A DNA stretch of 64,000 nucleotides from Chiloscyllium plagiosum. Its lineage: Eukaryota. The notes beneath the pieces are model-generated. The model searched no databases. It worked only from the letters and a program-made list of their open reading frames with translations, and was not told the origin of the DNA. Of the stretch, positions 63,120 to 64,000 are shown in pieces; positions within the stretch are counted from its first letter, which is position 1, and the number at the start of each line of letters is the position of its first letter. The translations under genes were made by a program, and so were the position numbers. The DNA lies in assembly GCF_004010195.1 (NCBI RefSeq), contig NC_057751.1, positions 3,487,907 to 3,551,906 of the forward strand. The letters are read 5' to 3'.

Positions 63120-64000
63120 AGGACAAAGCGGGAACTGCAGATGCAGGAGACCAGAGTCGAAAAGTGTGGCACTGGAAAAGCACAGCCGGTCAGGCAACAT
63201 CCGAGAAGCAGACGAGTCGGTGTTTTGGACATAAGCCCCTTCATCAGGAATGTGTTGGGGGAAGGGGGCTGAGAGATAAATAGGAGGATGAGGGTTGGGT
63301 TGGGGCTGGGGGGAAGGTAGCTGGGATGGCGATAAATGGATGCAGATAGGTGAATGTGATAGGGTGCTGGAGAGGGTGGAATGGATAGGTGGGAAGGAAG
63401 CTGGACAGGTAGGACAGGTCAAGAGGGTTATGCCAGGTTGGAGGGGGAGATGAGAAAACTGGTGAAATGGATGTTGATGCTATGGGGTTGGAAGTCCCAA
63501 TGCAGAAGTCGAGGCGTTCTTCCTCCGGTTGTTGGGTGGTTTGGATTTGGCAGTGGAGGCAGCCCAGGACCTACATGTCCTTGATGGGAGGGGAAGTTGA
63601 AGTGATCGGCCACAGGGCAGTGGGGTTGGTTGGCACGTGTCCCAGAGATTTCCCTGAAACGCTCCGTGAGTTGGTGACCTGTCTGACCGATGTAGAGGAG
63701 ACCACACCAAGAGCAACAGACACAGCAGATGACACGTGCGGAGATGCAGGAAAATCTCTGCTGGATGTGGAAGGATTCTTTGCAGCCTTGGACGGAGGTG
63801 ATGGGGGAGTTGTGGGCGCAGGTTTTACACTTCTTATGGTGGCAAGAGAAGGTGCCGGGTGTGGAGGGTGGGTTGGGTGGGGATGCGTGGACCTAACGAG
63901 GGAGTTGTGAAAGGACTGGACTGTCTGGAATACTGATAGAGGAAGGGAGGGAAATATGTTGCTGGTGGTCCAGTCTGATTGTAGGTGACACAAATGGTGG
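63120..64000 (-). mobile_element. Neptune-type PLE 3' part (Cys linker, GIY-YIG, terminus); runs off the window
   Basis: Minus translation PGTFSCHHKKCKTC...VICCVCCSWCGLLYIGQTGHQLTERFRE; terminus with decayed hammerhead CTGATGAAGGGGCTTATGTCCAAAAC near 63220-63248. Confidence 0.92.

Overview
Eukaryotic, repeat-rich non-coding DNA with five assembly gaps. The repeat set (HE1/V-SINE, DeuSINE, several CR1 LINE families, Penelope-like elements) points to a cartilaginous fish, probably a shark; this is an inference. I recognise no host protein-coding gene, and every identifiable ORF is retroelement-derived: CR1 ORF1 esterase, endonuclease and RT, an RTE fragment, and Penelope-like RT and GIY-YIG domains. 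The window also holds solo LTRs (one with a perfect TSD), nested insertions and a 23-bp minisatellite. Most interesting: (1) minimal hammerhead ribozyme motifs in the termini of two Penelope-like lineages, three with intact catalytic cores, carried by short insertions, most with 10-15 bp target-site duplications; (2) a cluster of minus-strand splice signals suggesting an unannotated spliced transcript; (3) motif-dense unique segments resembling enhancers (FOX:ETS/GATA; TCF palindrome plus octamer). Family names come from my recall of consensus sequences, not a database search, and boundaries of old repeats are approximate.
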